Shown: positions 1-10,822 of the stretch, piece by piece
How the letters are laid out: the number at the start of each line of letters is the position of its first letter
Position numbering within the stretch: the stretch's first letter is position 1
Assembly (NCBI RefSeq): GCF_035594765.1
Contig: NC_085842.1
Location: 291,695,749-291,759,748, forward strand
Direction: 5' to 3'
DNA: 64,000 bases
Origin: Anolis carolinensis
Lineage: Eukaryota
Notes under the pieces: model-generated
What the model was told of the DNA's origin: nothing
Database searches by the model: none
Seen by the model: the letters and a program-made list of their open reading frames with translations, nothing else
Translations under genes and position numbers: made by a program

Positions 1-17
1 TGTCCCACACAAATATA

Positions 18-391
18 CAAGGTGTCCCAGAAAGGTATACACCCTTTAACAGACAATAGTAGCTATGGTGATAATCTGAAAGCTAAGTAAACACATTTAT
101 ATTTAGGAATAAATGTTATAATAGTGATCTAATCAGTTATAAATTCCATCTTAAATTAAATTTTATGTAAGGTGTTCAAATTATCATCCCTGTGCGACAA
201 TGCATTGCTCGTATTGCCAAAGTACAGAGTTGCAAACCTCACTTAAAGTTTCTGTTGTATACCTGCGAGACTTCTCTACGATTGGAATCTTTAATCCTCT
301 TAAGGAGGCATACATTTTTGGAAAAAATCTCCCTAAAATCCAGAATTATAAATTGTTCATGATGTATTTATGGGCGTTCTGGGACACCCTG
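18..391. mobile_element. Mariner-type MITE
   Basis: TA|CAAGGTGTCCCAGAA ... TTCTGGGACACCCTG inverted ends. Confidence 0.65.
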
Positions 392-667
392 CGCACACAC
401 AGCAATATTAGTCATTTCAGAAGAGAGGCACACCCTCCTGTCAATACCTGGCAACAAGCCTGCCATAGGCAGTTACCGTAGGGTGGCCCTAAGGAGAAAG
501 GCAATGGCAGACACAGCCAGCGGCTGGTCCCTCCCTCACCAGTCAAGGTCAGCAGTCACCCTACTTCTCACCACAAGTGGCCCAGACTTGCCCAGTAGGC
601 AGCAACCATGGCTGGATCTACACTGCCAAATAAAGGAGCTTGATTATATTATATGGTCGATCTAGAC

Positions 668-784
668 CAGGCATGGGCAAACTTGGGCCCTCCAGATGTT
701 TTGGACTTCAACTCACACAATTCCTTATAGCCGGTGGGAATTGAAGTCTAAAACACCTGGAGGGCCCAAGTTTGCCCGTGCCGG
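668..784. mobile_element. Palindromic hAT MITE nested in another MITE (610-840)
   Basis: CAGGCATGGGCAAACTT TIR, TSD ATCTAGAC. The host has TIRs GGCTGGATCTACACTGCC / GGCAGTGTAGATCCAACC. Confidence 0.85.
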
Positions 785-894
785 ATCTAGACCCATATAA
801 TGCAGTTTGAACTGCTTTGTATGGCAGTGTAGATCCAACCCATGGCAGATGGCTAAGTCCAACCTTGGTTTCTCCGCACCCAACCCATTCCTAC

Positions 895-1790
895 TTTGAG
901 CAGTCCTGATTCAAGATGTTTGGTACAAGAAGTGTTTTTGATTTTTGAATAATTGCGTATACATAATGAGATGCAAGTTAAGCCTCCCTTATCCAGAATT
1001 CCAAAATATTCCAAAATCCAAAACTGTCCACATGGGTGGCTATGATAGCAATGATTGCTTTCTAATGGTTCAATATACATAAAATTTGTTTCATGCACAA
1101 AATTATTTAAAATATTGTGCATAAAATTAGCTGCAGGATATGTGCATAAGACGAATATGAAACATCAATGAATTGATTAGACCTGGATGTCAGTTCCAAA
1201 ATATCTCAAATTTTACACAATGCCAAAAAAAACCCAAAATATGCAACAGTTCTCATCTCAAACATATCAGAAAAGAGATACCCAACTGTATCTTGGAGAT
1301 GGGACCCAAGTCTAATGATGGAATTCATTTATGCTTCATATGTGCCTTACACAGGTAGCCTGAAGGTCATTTTCCTTTGTAATATTCCTGTGCATACAAT
1401 GAAGTCTGTGTAGAAAGCAAAGGTGAACAGTTTTGGATTTGAGAGCATTTTGGGTTCCTGGAGGATATATGTATAAGTTGTATATGAAACATGGGATCAT
1501 TTTCATGACTAGATGTGAGTCCTATTTTCAAGATGTCTCATGTATGTGTCCCATATCTTAGGAGAGGTTTTGGAATATTTGCATAAACATCATGAGATAT
1601 CTTGGAGATAGGACCCAAATCTAACCACAAAATTCATTTATATTACTGTATACCCATAGCATGAAAGTCATTTTATATATAATACTTTTAAATACTTACA
1701 TGAAACAAAGTTTATATACATTGAACCATCACAAAGAAAATACTGTCACTATCTCAGGGTAAACAATTTTGGAGCATTTGGAATTCCCAA
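895..1790. mobile_element. Cluster of Tigger4/MER46-like DNA transposon fragments in both orientations
   Basis: Recurrent GAGATATCTTGGAGATGGGACCCAAGTCTAA..AATTCATTTA and TGAAACAAA..TACATTGAACCAT units. Confidence 0.6.
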
Positions 1791-1805
1791 CTCTATGATT
1801 CCCAT

Positions 1806-2225
1806 CTAGAATCATAGAGTTGGAAGAGATCTCAGAGCCCATCCAGTCCAACCTCTTTCTACTATGCAGGAACATGCAATCAAAGCACTCCCAACAGATG
1901 GCTATCCAGCCTCTACTTAAAAAACTCCAGAGAAGGATACTCCACCATGTTCAACAGTTGAAAAGCTCTTTCCTCTGAAAGTTCTCCCTAGTTGCAGAAA
2001 ACAACGTGACATCCTTTCAAATATTTAACCATGGCTATTTTGTCCCCTCTCAGCCTTTTCTTCTCCACGTTAACTGACCCAGCTCCCTAAGCCGATCCAA
2101 ATAAGACTTGGCTTCCAGACCTTTTATCATTTTGGTCATTTTTCTCAGGACATGTTCCAGCTTGAACTATGGTGCCCAGAATGGGCACTGTACTCCAGGT
2201 GAGGCCTGACCAAACTAGAACAGAA
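1806..2225 (-). mobile_element. CR1 LINE 3' fragment
   Basis: Inverted ATTCTATG-type tail (AGAATCATAGAGTTGGAAGAG) and CR1 3' body. Confidence 0.8.
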
Positions 2226-2327
2226 CAGGATTGTTCATTTCTTCACCTGCAGCCTCAACCCTAGCATCCTGAACAAGCTCCTCACTATCTAATAAACAGG
2301 CTGGTCTCGTTATCGAATCATACTCAA

Positions 2328-2965
2328 GAATCATAGAGCTGGAAGAGATCACAAGGCCCATCTAGTCCAACCCCACAGAATCAAAACATTCCTGACAGAT
2401 GGACATCCAACTTCTACTTAAAAACTTCCAGAAAAGGAGATTCCACCATGTTCTGAGGAAGCAGCATATTCCACTACCGAAAGGCTCTCACCTTCAGGAA
2501 GTTCTTTGTAATGTTTAGATGGAATCTCTTTTCCTGCAATTTGAACCCAGTGCTCCGTGTCCTAGTCTCCAGAGCAGCAGAAAACAGACCTGGCCTCTTC
2601 CCAATATGGTATCCTTTCGAATATTTAAACATGGCTATTATGTTCCCTTCTCAGCCTTCTCTTCTACAAGCTAAGCATACTCAGATCCCTAAGCCATTCC
2701 TCCTAAGACTTGACTTCCAGGTCTGTAATCATTTTGGTCATATTTCTCTGACACATTTATTTGAATGGTAGAGGCCAAAATTGAACACAGTACTGACCAA
2801 GATACAGCATAATGGGACTATGACTTCCCTCTATCTTGACACTATAGTCCTGTTGATGCAGTCTGGAATCGCATTGGCTTTGTAAGCTGAAGCATCACAC
2901 TGCTCAGCTTGTTGTCTTCTTAAGACTGCTAGATGCCTTTCACATGGACTGTTTTCAAGCCAAGT
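2328..2965 (-). mobile_element. CR1 LINE 3' fragment
   Basis: Same tail and body, extending further into ORF2. Confidence 0.8.
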
Positions 2966-3493
2966 AACATAATTGATGTTTCATATACAAGCAGTCACCG
3001 AGTTACAAACAACTCTTAGTTATGAACGGGGATGAGACAACAAGAAGTGAGAGAAATCTACCTCTCAGAAGGAAAATCCATGCCTGAAAGAGTTATCATG
3101 GGGGAAAGGGATCTCCACAGAAGTTTTACCACCAATTCTTGTTTCTGCAACAAGTCAAATGTTTCAAAATCCAATTATCACAAGGACAGGAAGTGTGGCG
3201 AAATCTTCGGAAAAGGGACACAGGCAGCAAAACAATCAACACAGGAGTATTGCTATCCAAAGCTCTGTGTGTATCTAGAAGAGGTTGCATGTGCCTGTTC
3301 CAACAGAGGTTGTGAGGTCTGTTAGACACTAGTCAAGTGGGGTTTATACTGTAGATCTGCCTGGGGGAATCCTTTGTTGGGAGGTGTTAGCTGACCCTGA
3401 TTGTTTCATATCTTGAATTCCTTTGTTTTCTGAGTGTTGTTCTTCATTTACTGTCCTGATTTTAGAGTTTTTAAATACTGGTAGCCAGATTTT

Positions 3494-3825
3494 AGGAGCC
3501 GCCAGTGGCGTAGTGGTTAAACTGCTGAGCTGCTCAACTTGCTGACTGAAAGGTCAGTGGTTAGAATCCTGGGAGCAGGGTGAGCTTCCGCTGTCAGTCT
3601 GTGCTTCTGCCAATCTAGCTGTTCAAAAACATGCAAATATGAGTAGATCAACAGTTATTGCTCCGACGGGAAGGTAACGGCACTCCATGCAATCATGCCA
3701 ACCACATGACCTTGGAGGTGTCTACGGACAATGCCGACTCTTCAGCTTAGAAATGGAGATGAGCACCAACCCCCAGGGTCAGACATGACTAGACTTAGTG
3801 TCAGGGGAAAACCTTTACCTTTACT
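3494..3825 (+). mobile_element. Sauria SINE inserted in Penelope
   Basis: tRNA-like head, ACCTTT-repeat tail, TSD TAGCCAGATTTT (3482-3493, 3826-3837). Confidence 0.9.
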
Positions 3826-4073
3826 TAGCCAGATTTTGTTCATTTTCATGGTTTCCTCCTTTCTGTTGAAATTGTCCACATGCTTGTGAATTTCAATGGC
3901 TTCTCTATGTAGTCTGAAATGGTAGTTTTTAGAGTGCTCCAGCATTTCTGTGTTCTCAAATAATAAGCTGTGTCCAGCTTGGTTCATCAAGTGCTCTGCT
4001 ATGGCTGACTTCTCTGGTTGGATTTCCACAGATATATAAACCCCACTTGCCTAGTTTCCAACAGGCCTCACAA

Positions 4074-4114
4074 CCTCTGAGGATGCCTGCCATAGATGTG
4101 GGTGAAATGTCAGG
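4074..4114 (+). ncRNA. Minimal hammerhead ribozyme motif in the Penelope pLTR
   Basis: CCU-CUGAGGA-U-GCCUGC(loop)GUGGGU-GAAA-UGUC-AGG: core boxes, 6-bp helix II, short helix I, and helix III reduced as described for PLE hammerheads. Confidence 0.65.
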
Positions 4115-4269
4115 AGAGAAAGCTTCTGGAAGATGGCCAGACAGCCTGGAAAACTCACAGCAACCCAGTGGTTCCGGCCAAGAAAGCCTTCGACAGAACC
4201 TATCTTGTTCGTAACTCTGGACTGGGGCTGGAAGAATCCCGAACTCAACAGAGCAGAATACAGTACTCC

Positions 4270-4580
4270 ACTCGAAACAAGCGAGAGTCCAAAAGTGGCA
4301 GGTTGAAACCCAGAAGCTCAATCCGTGGCTGAGAAACGCCCTCATTCAAGACTGGGCAACTTGGAAGCTGCTGAATAGACTAGGCAATATTCTGGGACTT
4401 AAGAAAGGGGCTACAAAGTGGAGTCCACAACATGCAAGTGTGGAGAAGAACAAACCACAGACCACTTACTACAATGTGGTCGGCACCCTGCCACATGCAC
4501 AATGGAGGACCTTCTCACAGCGAGAAGGAAATGTAGTATAATGCCAAGTTTATGACTTTGTGGGTTCTTTTATACATTCT
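4270..4580 (+). mobile_element. Vingi/Ingi-clade LINE 3' fragment, decayed
   Basis: Pieces read DWATWKLLNR and YKVESTTCKCGEEQTTDHLLQC (C-terminal CCHC). Confidence 0.65.
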
Positions 4581-4586
4581 AACTCG

Positions 4587-4776
4587 GGCATGAGGAAACT
4601 TGGGTTCTGCAGGTGTTTTGGACTTCAACTCCCACCATTCCTGACAGCCTCAGGCCCCTTCCTTTCCCCCCTCAGCCGCTTAAGCGGCTGAGGGGGGAAA
4701 GGAAAGGGCCTGAGGCTGTCAGGAATGGTGGGAGTTGAAGTCCAAAACACCTGCAGGGCCCAAGTTTCCTCATGGC
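4587..4776. mobile_element. Near-perfect palindromic hAT-type MITE
   Basis: About 95-bp arms centred on CTTAAG (4679-4684), related to 668-784. Confidence 0.85.
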
Positions 4777-4905
4777 ACGACAAAGAAATAAATAAATAGC
4801 CCTCCACCTGCAGCCCCAACCCTGCCATCCCACTCTACCTCACTTTCTGAAGGCGACCAGAGCTAAAACGGGTTACACCACCACCCCGACGTTTCAAACC
4901 CGCAC

Positions 4906-5283
4906 CTCCTCGTCCTGCTCCTCCAACGAGGCTCCTCCACCGCCTTCCTCGCCCCTTCCAAGGCCTTCCCGCTGCGGCTTCCCACGGTCCCCAAACGCCG
5001 GCGCCTTCTTCCTCCCTTCTCCTTCTTGAGGCGCCGCAGGGAAGCCCGTGGCTGCTTGTAGTTCCTTCCCCGGCCGCTGGGAGGCGCTGCGCCGGAGGGG
5101 GAAAGGCAGCAACCGCGGAGCCGCGGCGCCCGCGGGAGTTGCTTGCTGCCCGCTGCCGCCTTCCTCGGAGAGAGTTTGCGAGCCGGAGGAGCCGGAGCTG
5201 GAGGAGGAGGAAGAGCAGGCAGAGGAGCCCCTCCGGCCGGCGAGGCGCCTCTGCTGCCCCTCACTCGAAACTTTCTCGCCCAT
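4906..5283 (-). CDS. MAST4: MAST4 (microtubule-associated Ser/Thr kinase 4) first coding exon; gene continues leftwards beyond the window
   Basis: ATG at 5283 in good context (gccATGg) gives MGEKVSSE...SSSGSQTLSEEG...ASLEEQDEE, followed by a phase-0 donor GAG|GTGCGG at 4905. This matches my recollection of the human MAST4 N-terminus (MGEKVSE...SSSGSETLSEEG...SQEEQDEE|LDHIL). 378 nt, 126 codons. Confidence 0.9.
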
Positions 5284-5317
5284 GGCCTCGGGAAGCGAAG
5301 CGGGTCGGGGAGGAAAG

Positions 5318-5359
5318 TCAGCCGCCTGTCTCCGACGGCAACAGCAGCAGCGGCAGCAT
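5318..5359 (-). promoter_or_regulatory. Upstream ORF (13 aa, MLPLLLLPSETGG) in the putative MAST4 5' UTR
   Basis: aggATGc at 5359, TGA ending 5318, 34 nt before the main ATG and out of frame with it. Only real if the TSS is upstream of 5359. Confidence 0.5.
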
Positions 5360-6049
5360 CCTCTCTCCTTCCCTCTTCTCTCCCTCTCTGCCGGGAACAC
5401 AGCGCTACAGCCGGGCACCGCCTAGCGGCAGCCACGTCTCCTCCCCGTTCCCTCCTTCAGGAGACACTGCTTCGCGCCAACCTGCCTCAGGGGCGGGGAA
5501 GACAGGCAGCCCGAAGAGCCAATGGCAGCGCGCAGGGCGGAGGTGGGCGGGGTTCCTCAGAGAGAGCCCCAGGTAGGTGTGGAGTCGATATGAGAGAGAG
5601 GGGAAGGAACCCCGAAGGTCGTCCAGTCCAACCCAGTTGGAACACAGTCAAAGAACTTGGCTTCCCAATAACACACAGGCCGACTTAACAGCCCAGGGGT
5701 GCGTCTACACCAGGCATGGGCAAACTTCGGCTCCCCAGGTGTTTTGGACTCCAACTCCCACATAATAATACAGTAGAGTCTCACTTATCCAACATAAACA
5801 GGCCGGCAGAATGTTGGATAAGCAAAAATGTTGGATAATAAGGAGGGATTAAGAAAAAAGCCTATTAAAAATAAAATTACATCCCTGAGTCCCTTCGGGT
5901 GAGAAGGGCGGGATATAAATGTTGGAAATAATAATAAATAATAATTGTGGGAAATGGGATCCAAAACATTAAATCTACAGTGCAGACCGAACCCTGCACT
6001 GTAGATTTAATGTAGTTCGATCCCATTTCAATTATGATTTATTTATTTA

Positions 6050-6377
6050 GTAAAGGTAAAGGTTTCCCCTGACGTTAAGTCCAGTCGTGTCCGTCTCTGG
6101 GGGTTGGTGCTCATCTCCATTTCTAAGCCGAAGAGCCGGCATTGTCCATAGACACCTCCAAGGTCATGTGGCCGGCATGACTGCATGGAGTGCCGTTACC
6201 TTCCCGCCAGAGCGGTACCTATTGATCTACTCACATTTGCATGTTTGCGAACTGTTAGGTTGGCAGAAGCTGGAGCTAACAGCGGGCGCTCATTCCGCTC
6301 CTGGGATTTGAATCTGGGACCTTTCGGTCTGCAAGTTCAGTAGCTCAGCACTTTAACACACTTCGCCATCGGAGGCT
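6050..6377 (-). mobile_element. Sauria SINE
   Basis: AAAGGT repeat tail and body matching the other copies. Confidence 0.9.
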
Positions 6378-7761
6378 TTTATTTAAAACATTTATATTCT
6401 GCCCTTCTCACCCTGAAGAGGAGTCCAATGTACTCACAGCCTTTAGTCTTAACTGTGCTGACTTCAAATGGAAATCATGCTGTTGGGTTTCTTTCCAGAG
6501 TAAGCATGACTGAATGGGACTGGCTACCCAAATGTGTGTGTTTGTGCAAGGGAGCGCTGCATTAAAAACTCAATTCTGAGGGAGAAAGAGAAGAAAATGA
6601 ACTGCTCTACACTTGCCCCCAGGATTCTGGGGACCACAAGCCATCAGTCCCTATTTAGATTTCCATTCAGCTGTGAAACTGCTTTGGTGGCCTCAGGCGT
6701 CACTCTTGGCAGCTCAGCCACCCTTGGCTGGTTGAAGGGGCAAAGGCAAAGCGCTGCTTTGAACTCCTTGGTGAAAAGGTGGCATTAGGAGGTGAAAAAC
6801 CCATAAAATCCTGTGGCCAACAGGCTATTTTTAATATGCCACAGTGTCTTGTAAGCTTTGGCAGGGTGCATTAATGAGAAAGATGTTGATCCAATTGCCC
6901 AACAAGAAAGTTGTTGATCCTTTTGGTGAGCACTTATTTTCCAGTAATAGATTCCTGAGACAGAAAATGTAAAGGGAATGGTGCTTACAAAACGGAGAAG
7001 GGAATTGTGTCAACTTCAACATGTTGTTAGACTGCTACTCCCAGTGTGCCTCATAAATACCTGCACTGACTATAGCCGCTGGGACTGGTAGTCAAAAACT
7101 ATCTTGAGGATCATATGATTCTTGCTATTACAAACCTGTAAGATAAACAGAAGTCTAGCTCCCCCTTTCTTTTCCCTCCCCTCAGTACTAGTGGTAGAGA
7201 AAACATGTTGTGTAAAAGGCAAAAAATTGGGACACTATGCATATTTCTGAAGGACATTTCAAATTCACATCAGAATTTCCTTCCTACCAGTGCCCACCTC
7301 CAGGACACTGTGCTTCGCATATTTGAATTGGTTTCAGGAGACTCATTCTTACAATGTCTGAAGCAAAGACTGACAACATTTTCTTTTCTCCAGTGTGCCT
7401 GAACCATATTTGTGCCCATTGATTATAACTGTTTGTATCTCTCCTAGAAACTCAGCAGACCACCTCAAAGACCCCCAGTTTAGGCATCATTGCTCCAAAG
7501 GCTCAAAGATCTCATAAAAATACAGTGCAGTATTTATTCCTATTGTGTCAAACAGCATCTTAGAGCCACCCCAGAGCTCACTGTTGAGGTCCAAATCACA
7601 TGTGATATGGGAGATTCATAATAAGGATTTTGCCCAATGAAAATAACAGAAGAAAAAATACAAGTACCAATGGATCTGATGGATATCACATATTGTGTGG
7701 ATGAAAAGAAGGGCTAGACAATGTCATGTGCCTTCATAAAAGTTGGATTACATGCATGTAG

Positions 7762-8098
7762 TAAAGGTAAAGGTTTCCCCTGACGTTAAGTCTAGTTCAT
7801 GTCCGACTCTGGGGGGTGGTGCTCATCCTCATTTCTATGCCAAAAAGCCGGTGTTGTCCATAGACACCTCTGAAGTCACATGGCCAGCATGACTGCATGG
7901 AGCGCCATTACCTTCCCACCTAAACGGTACCTATTGATTTACTCACATTTGCATGTTTTCAAACTGCTAGGTTGGCAGAAGCTGGGGCTAACAGCGGGAG
8001 CTCACCCCGCTCCCCGGACTCAAACTACCAAGCTTTCGTTCAGCTAGTTCAGAAGATCAGCGGTTTAACCCGCTACAGCACTGGAGTCTCCACACTAT
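7762..8098 (-). mobile_element. Sauria SINE
   Basis: As above, TSD ATGCATGTAGT. Confidence 0.9.
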
Positions 8099-8721
8099 AT
8101 GCATGTAGTGTGACCCTATTTAAACCACTCAGTCTAACACATGCATCCAGATGAATGTATATGCACAACTGCAGAAATGAACAATTTTTTTTCTAAAATT
8201 TTGTTTTTGAAATATGTTTTCATTATGCAGTCTTTACATGTAAGATGAATCACAGACAACTAATGTGAGATAAATGCCTGCACATCTTTCTGTTTCGTAT
8301 AAAAGCTATAGATGGGATTAGGATTATACAGTAGTATTTACTCAGTGGGTGTATGATACAGTATTATGATAAGAACTTTACATCCTGAAATTTGACACCA
8401 GGGAAACAGAAGAAAGAAAGAAACAGTATGGAGAAGCTTAGTTACTGCTGAGTTACAGCATAAAAACTAGAACAAGGCATACCAAAATTTCCAACCTCCT
8501 ACCCTCTTAAGGTTGCTGAAAAGGGGTGAGGCACTCCACTTCCATAATATACAGAGAGAATCAATGGTAGCAGTAGTGATGGGATATGGATAGTCAGAAG
8601 GCATTTTTTTCAGGGGGTTTTTTACATTTATATCCAATGCAGTTATAGAAAATGCTTTAAAAAAAGACCCTAGAGATAACATTTTACGTACCGAGGAATC
8701 CAAAAGTTTGGCATTTCCATA

Positions 8722-8878
8722 TTTATTTATCACGTCAGAAACAAATTGAAGGTATATTTATAATGTATTTAAAAACACAAAGTTAAAAACTTGGCATTAT
8801 ACTAAATGTCCTTTGACCAGAAGCTGGCCACTTGGAGTGCGTCTGGTGTCACTGAAAGAAGGTCCTCCATTGTGCACA
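8722..8878 (-). mobile_element. Vingi-like LINE 3' end
   Basis: Reverse-complement similarity to 4490-4580, (TAAA)n tail, TSD TGGCATTTCCATA (8709-8721, 8879-8891). Confidence 0.75.
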
Positions 8879-9509
8879 TGGCATTTCCATAATAGGCTGT
8901 GATTCTGGAAGTATCATGATTCAGTTTCAATTTCAGGCAGATCTTTCTGATCCAGAGACTCCACATAGGAAACACTTCATATTATATTTTCTTTGCCCTT
9001 TAAAGTGCTCTTATTCTCATTTCTTCTCCTTTTCTGCTTGTATTCTCTCCTCACTGCCAGTTTCTTTCATCTCTCCCTCCTGCTGACTTTCCACTCACTT
9101 TCTCCCACAACAACCTCTCATATATTATTTCCATTTATTCTCAAATTTATTATTTAAAGTTACTGTTATTATTGTTACTTCTTTTAAAAAAAAACCTCTC
9201 GCAGTTCTTTTCTAGTCAGCAACCTCCAAAGTTTCTTCCCTTTCCTCTCTTTTGTATATTTAATGTATTTTTGTTCTGCCATTTGAGGTAAAATCTCCTC
9301 AAGCCAGTTTGCAAAATAAATGTTAGAATACCGCATTTCATCTAATCTAAGGTGCACTTTTTCTGATTTCTAAAAGGCTTCAAAAACAGGGTGCTTTTTA
9401 GATTTGATGGTACCTTACATTTGCTAGGTTTTTTAAGGAGGTGGAGAGGAAGGACTCCAGCCCCAATGGCTCTGCCATTCTCAAAATCTGAAGAAGATAA
9501 GAAAGTATA

Positions 9510-9843
9510 AGGTAAAGGTAAAGGTTTCCCCTGATGTTAAGTCCAGTCATGTCTGACTCTGGGGGTTGGTGCTCATTTCCATTTCTAAGCCAAAGAGCTG
9601 GTGTTGTCCGTAGACATCTCCAAGGTCATGTGGCCGGCATGACTGCATGGAGCGCCGTTACCTTCCCGCCAAAGCGGTACCTATTGATCTACTCACATTG
9701 GCATGTTTTCGAACTGCTAGGTTGGCAGGAGCTGGAGCTAACAGCAGCCGCTCATGCCACTCCCGGGGTTTGAACCTGGGACCTTTCGGTCTGCAAGTTC
9801 AGCAGCTCAGTGCTTTAACACACTTCGCCACTGGGGCTCCCAT
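9510..9843 (-). mobile_element. Sauria SINE
   Basis: As above, TSD AGAAAGTATA. Confidence 0.9.
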
Positions 9844-10063
9844 GAGAAAGTATACATAGTTGGAAATATGTAGTTCAGAGTAGGAATCATAAGCCCTCCA
9901 GATGTCAACAAACTTCATTTCCATCAATCTTAGCCAGCACAACCAATGATAATTAATGCGAGAGTTACATTGCACCATTATGTGGGGGGCCACTTGATTC
10001 CCATCCCTGGGTTAGCCCTTCACAAAGCTTTCTGGACTTCCATTAGCCAGCATAGCTAATGGG

Positions 10064-10332
10064 CAGGCATGTAGCCGAGGGGGGGGGCTTGAGTGGCTAC
10101 AGCCCCCCTCCTCGAAATTCTCAGGCTGGTCCGCGAGAAGGCCTTACTGGTATTATTTAAACTGTTATGTTTATTCATATCATGATCTGATCACCATGCT
10201 CAATATATCCCATATACATGGGGGTATTGGGATAATGATACAAAATGTTTGCTAGGGTAGATCCTCTCTCACTCTGACTCAGCCTCCCCCCCCCCCCCCC
10301 ACACCCAATCCAAAATCCTGGCTACGGGCCTG
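10064..10332. mobile_element. hAT MITE
   Basis: CAGGC..GTAGCC / GGCTAC..GCCTG ends, 8-bp TSD CTAATGGG. Confidence 0.85.
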
Positions 10333-10528
10333 CTAATGGGGATGGATGGCTGGGTTTATAGTCCAAAACAGTTGAGGATACTGCATTCCCACATACAACA
10401 GAGGTCATATTTGAAGACAAAAAAGTAAAAAGGGACCTTAGGTTATGGCAACCTTTCTTCTCTTCTGCCTCATGTAATCCTAAGCAATTTTCCATCTCCC
10501 TTCCTTAAGGAAAATAAAACAGTGTTTA

Positions 10529-10822
10529 CACTAGACAACACACATTTTGGTGCCTCAAATATTAGCCTTGTTTCTGGGTATATTTGACCTGCTATTCCAA
10601 AACTGGCACCAGTTTTCCCCTATCGACTTCAGTTTTTGAGATACAAAACATATGCCATCTGTCACTCTTTATCTGCTCACCCATAGAAAACCATGATGAC
10701 CATATCTTTAAAAAAAACTATAGCTAATGTGATCTATCCAATGCAGTTTTCTGAATCAGCACCTCAAATAACCCCAGGAACAGGCCTAAAAACCAAGACA
10801 CCACAATTTTTGTTGGGTTGTG
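10529..10822. mobile_element. Non-autonomous DNA transposon, possibly Chapaev3-like
   Basis: TTA|CACTAGACAACA ... TGTTGGGTTGTG|TTA, imperfect inverted ends with a 3-bp TSD. Confidence 0.5.

Larger units (their letters stand above)
3304..4194 (-). mobile_element. Penelope-like element: GIY-YIG C-terminus and 3' UTR, with an inverted pLTR (4023-4194)
   Basis: KSAIAEHLMNQAGH..FENTEML...RLHREAIEIHKH..NFNRKE..KIW. The plus-strand segment 4023-4194 repeats the element's 3' end in inverted orientation. Confidence 0.85.
2987..4227. mobile_element. Tigger-like MITE interrupted by Penelope
   Basis: Left end CAAGCAGTCACCGAGTTACAAACAA. The matching inverted end TTGTTCGTAACTCTGGACTG resumes after 4194. 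Confidence 0.6.
4850..5600. promoter_or_regulatory. CpG island / TATA-less promoter of MAST4
   Basis: Only strongly GC- and CpG-rich host segment in the window. GC boxes GGGCGG near 5491, 5536 and 5546 and CCAAT at 5519-5523 lie upstream of the exon. Confidence 0.85.

Noticed and set aside
4863-5688. Several long overlapping ORFs in the CpG island (4863-5435, 5048-5425, 5139-5576, 5143-5688)
   Set aside because: Stop-poor GC-rich shadows of MAST4 exon 1, with non-ATG starts and no recognisable homology.
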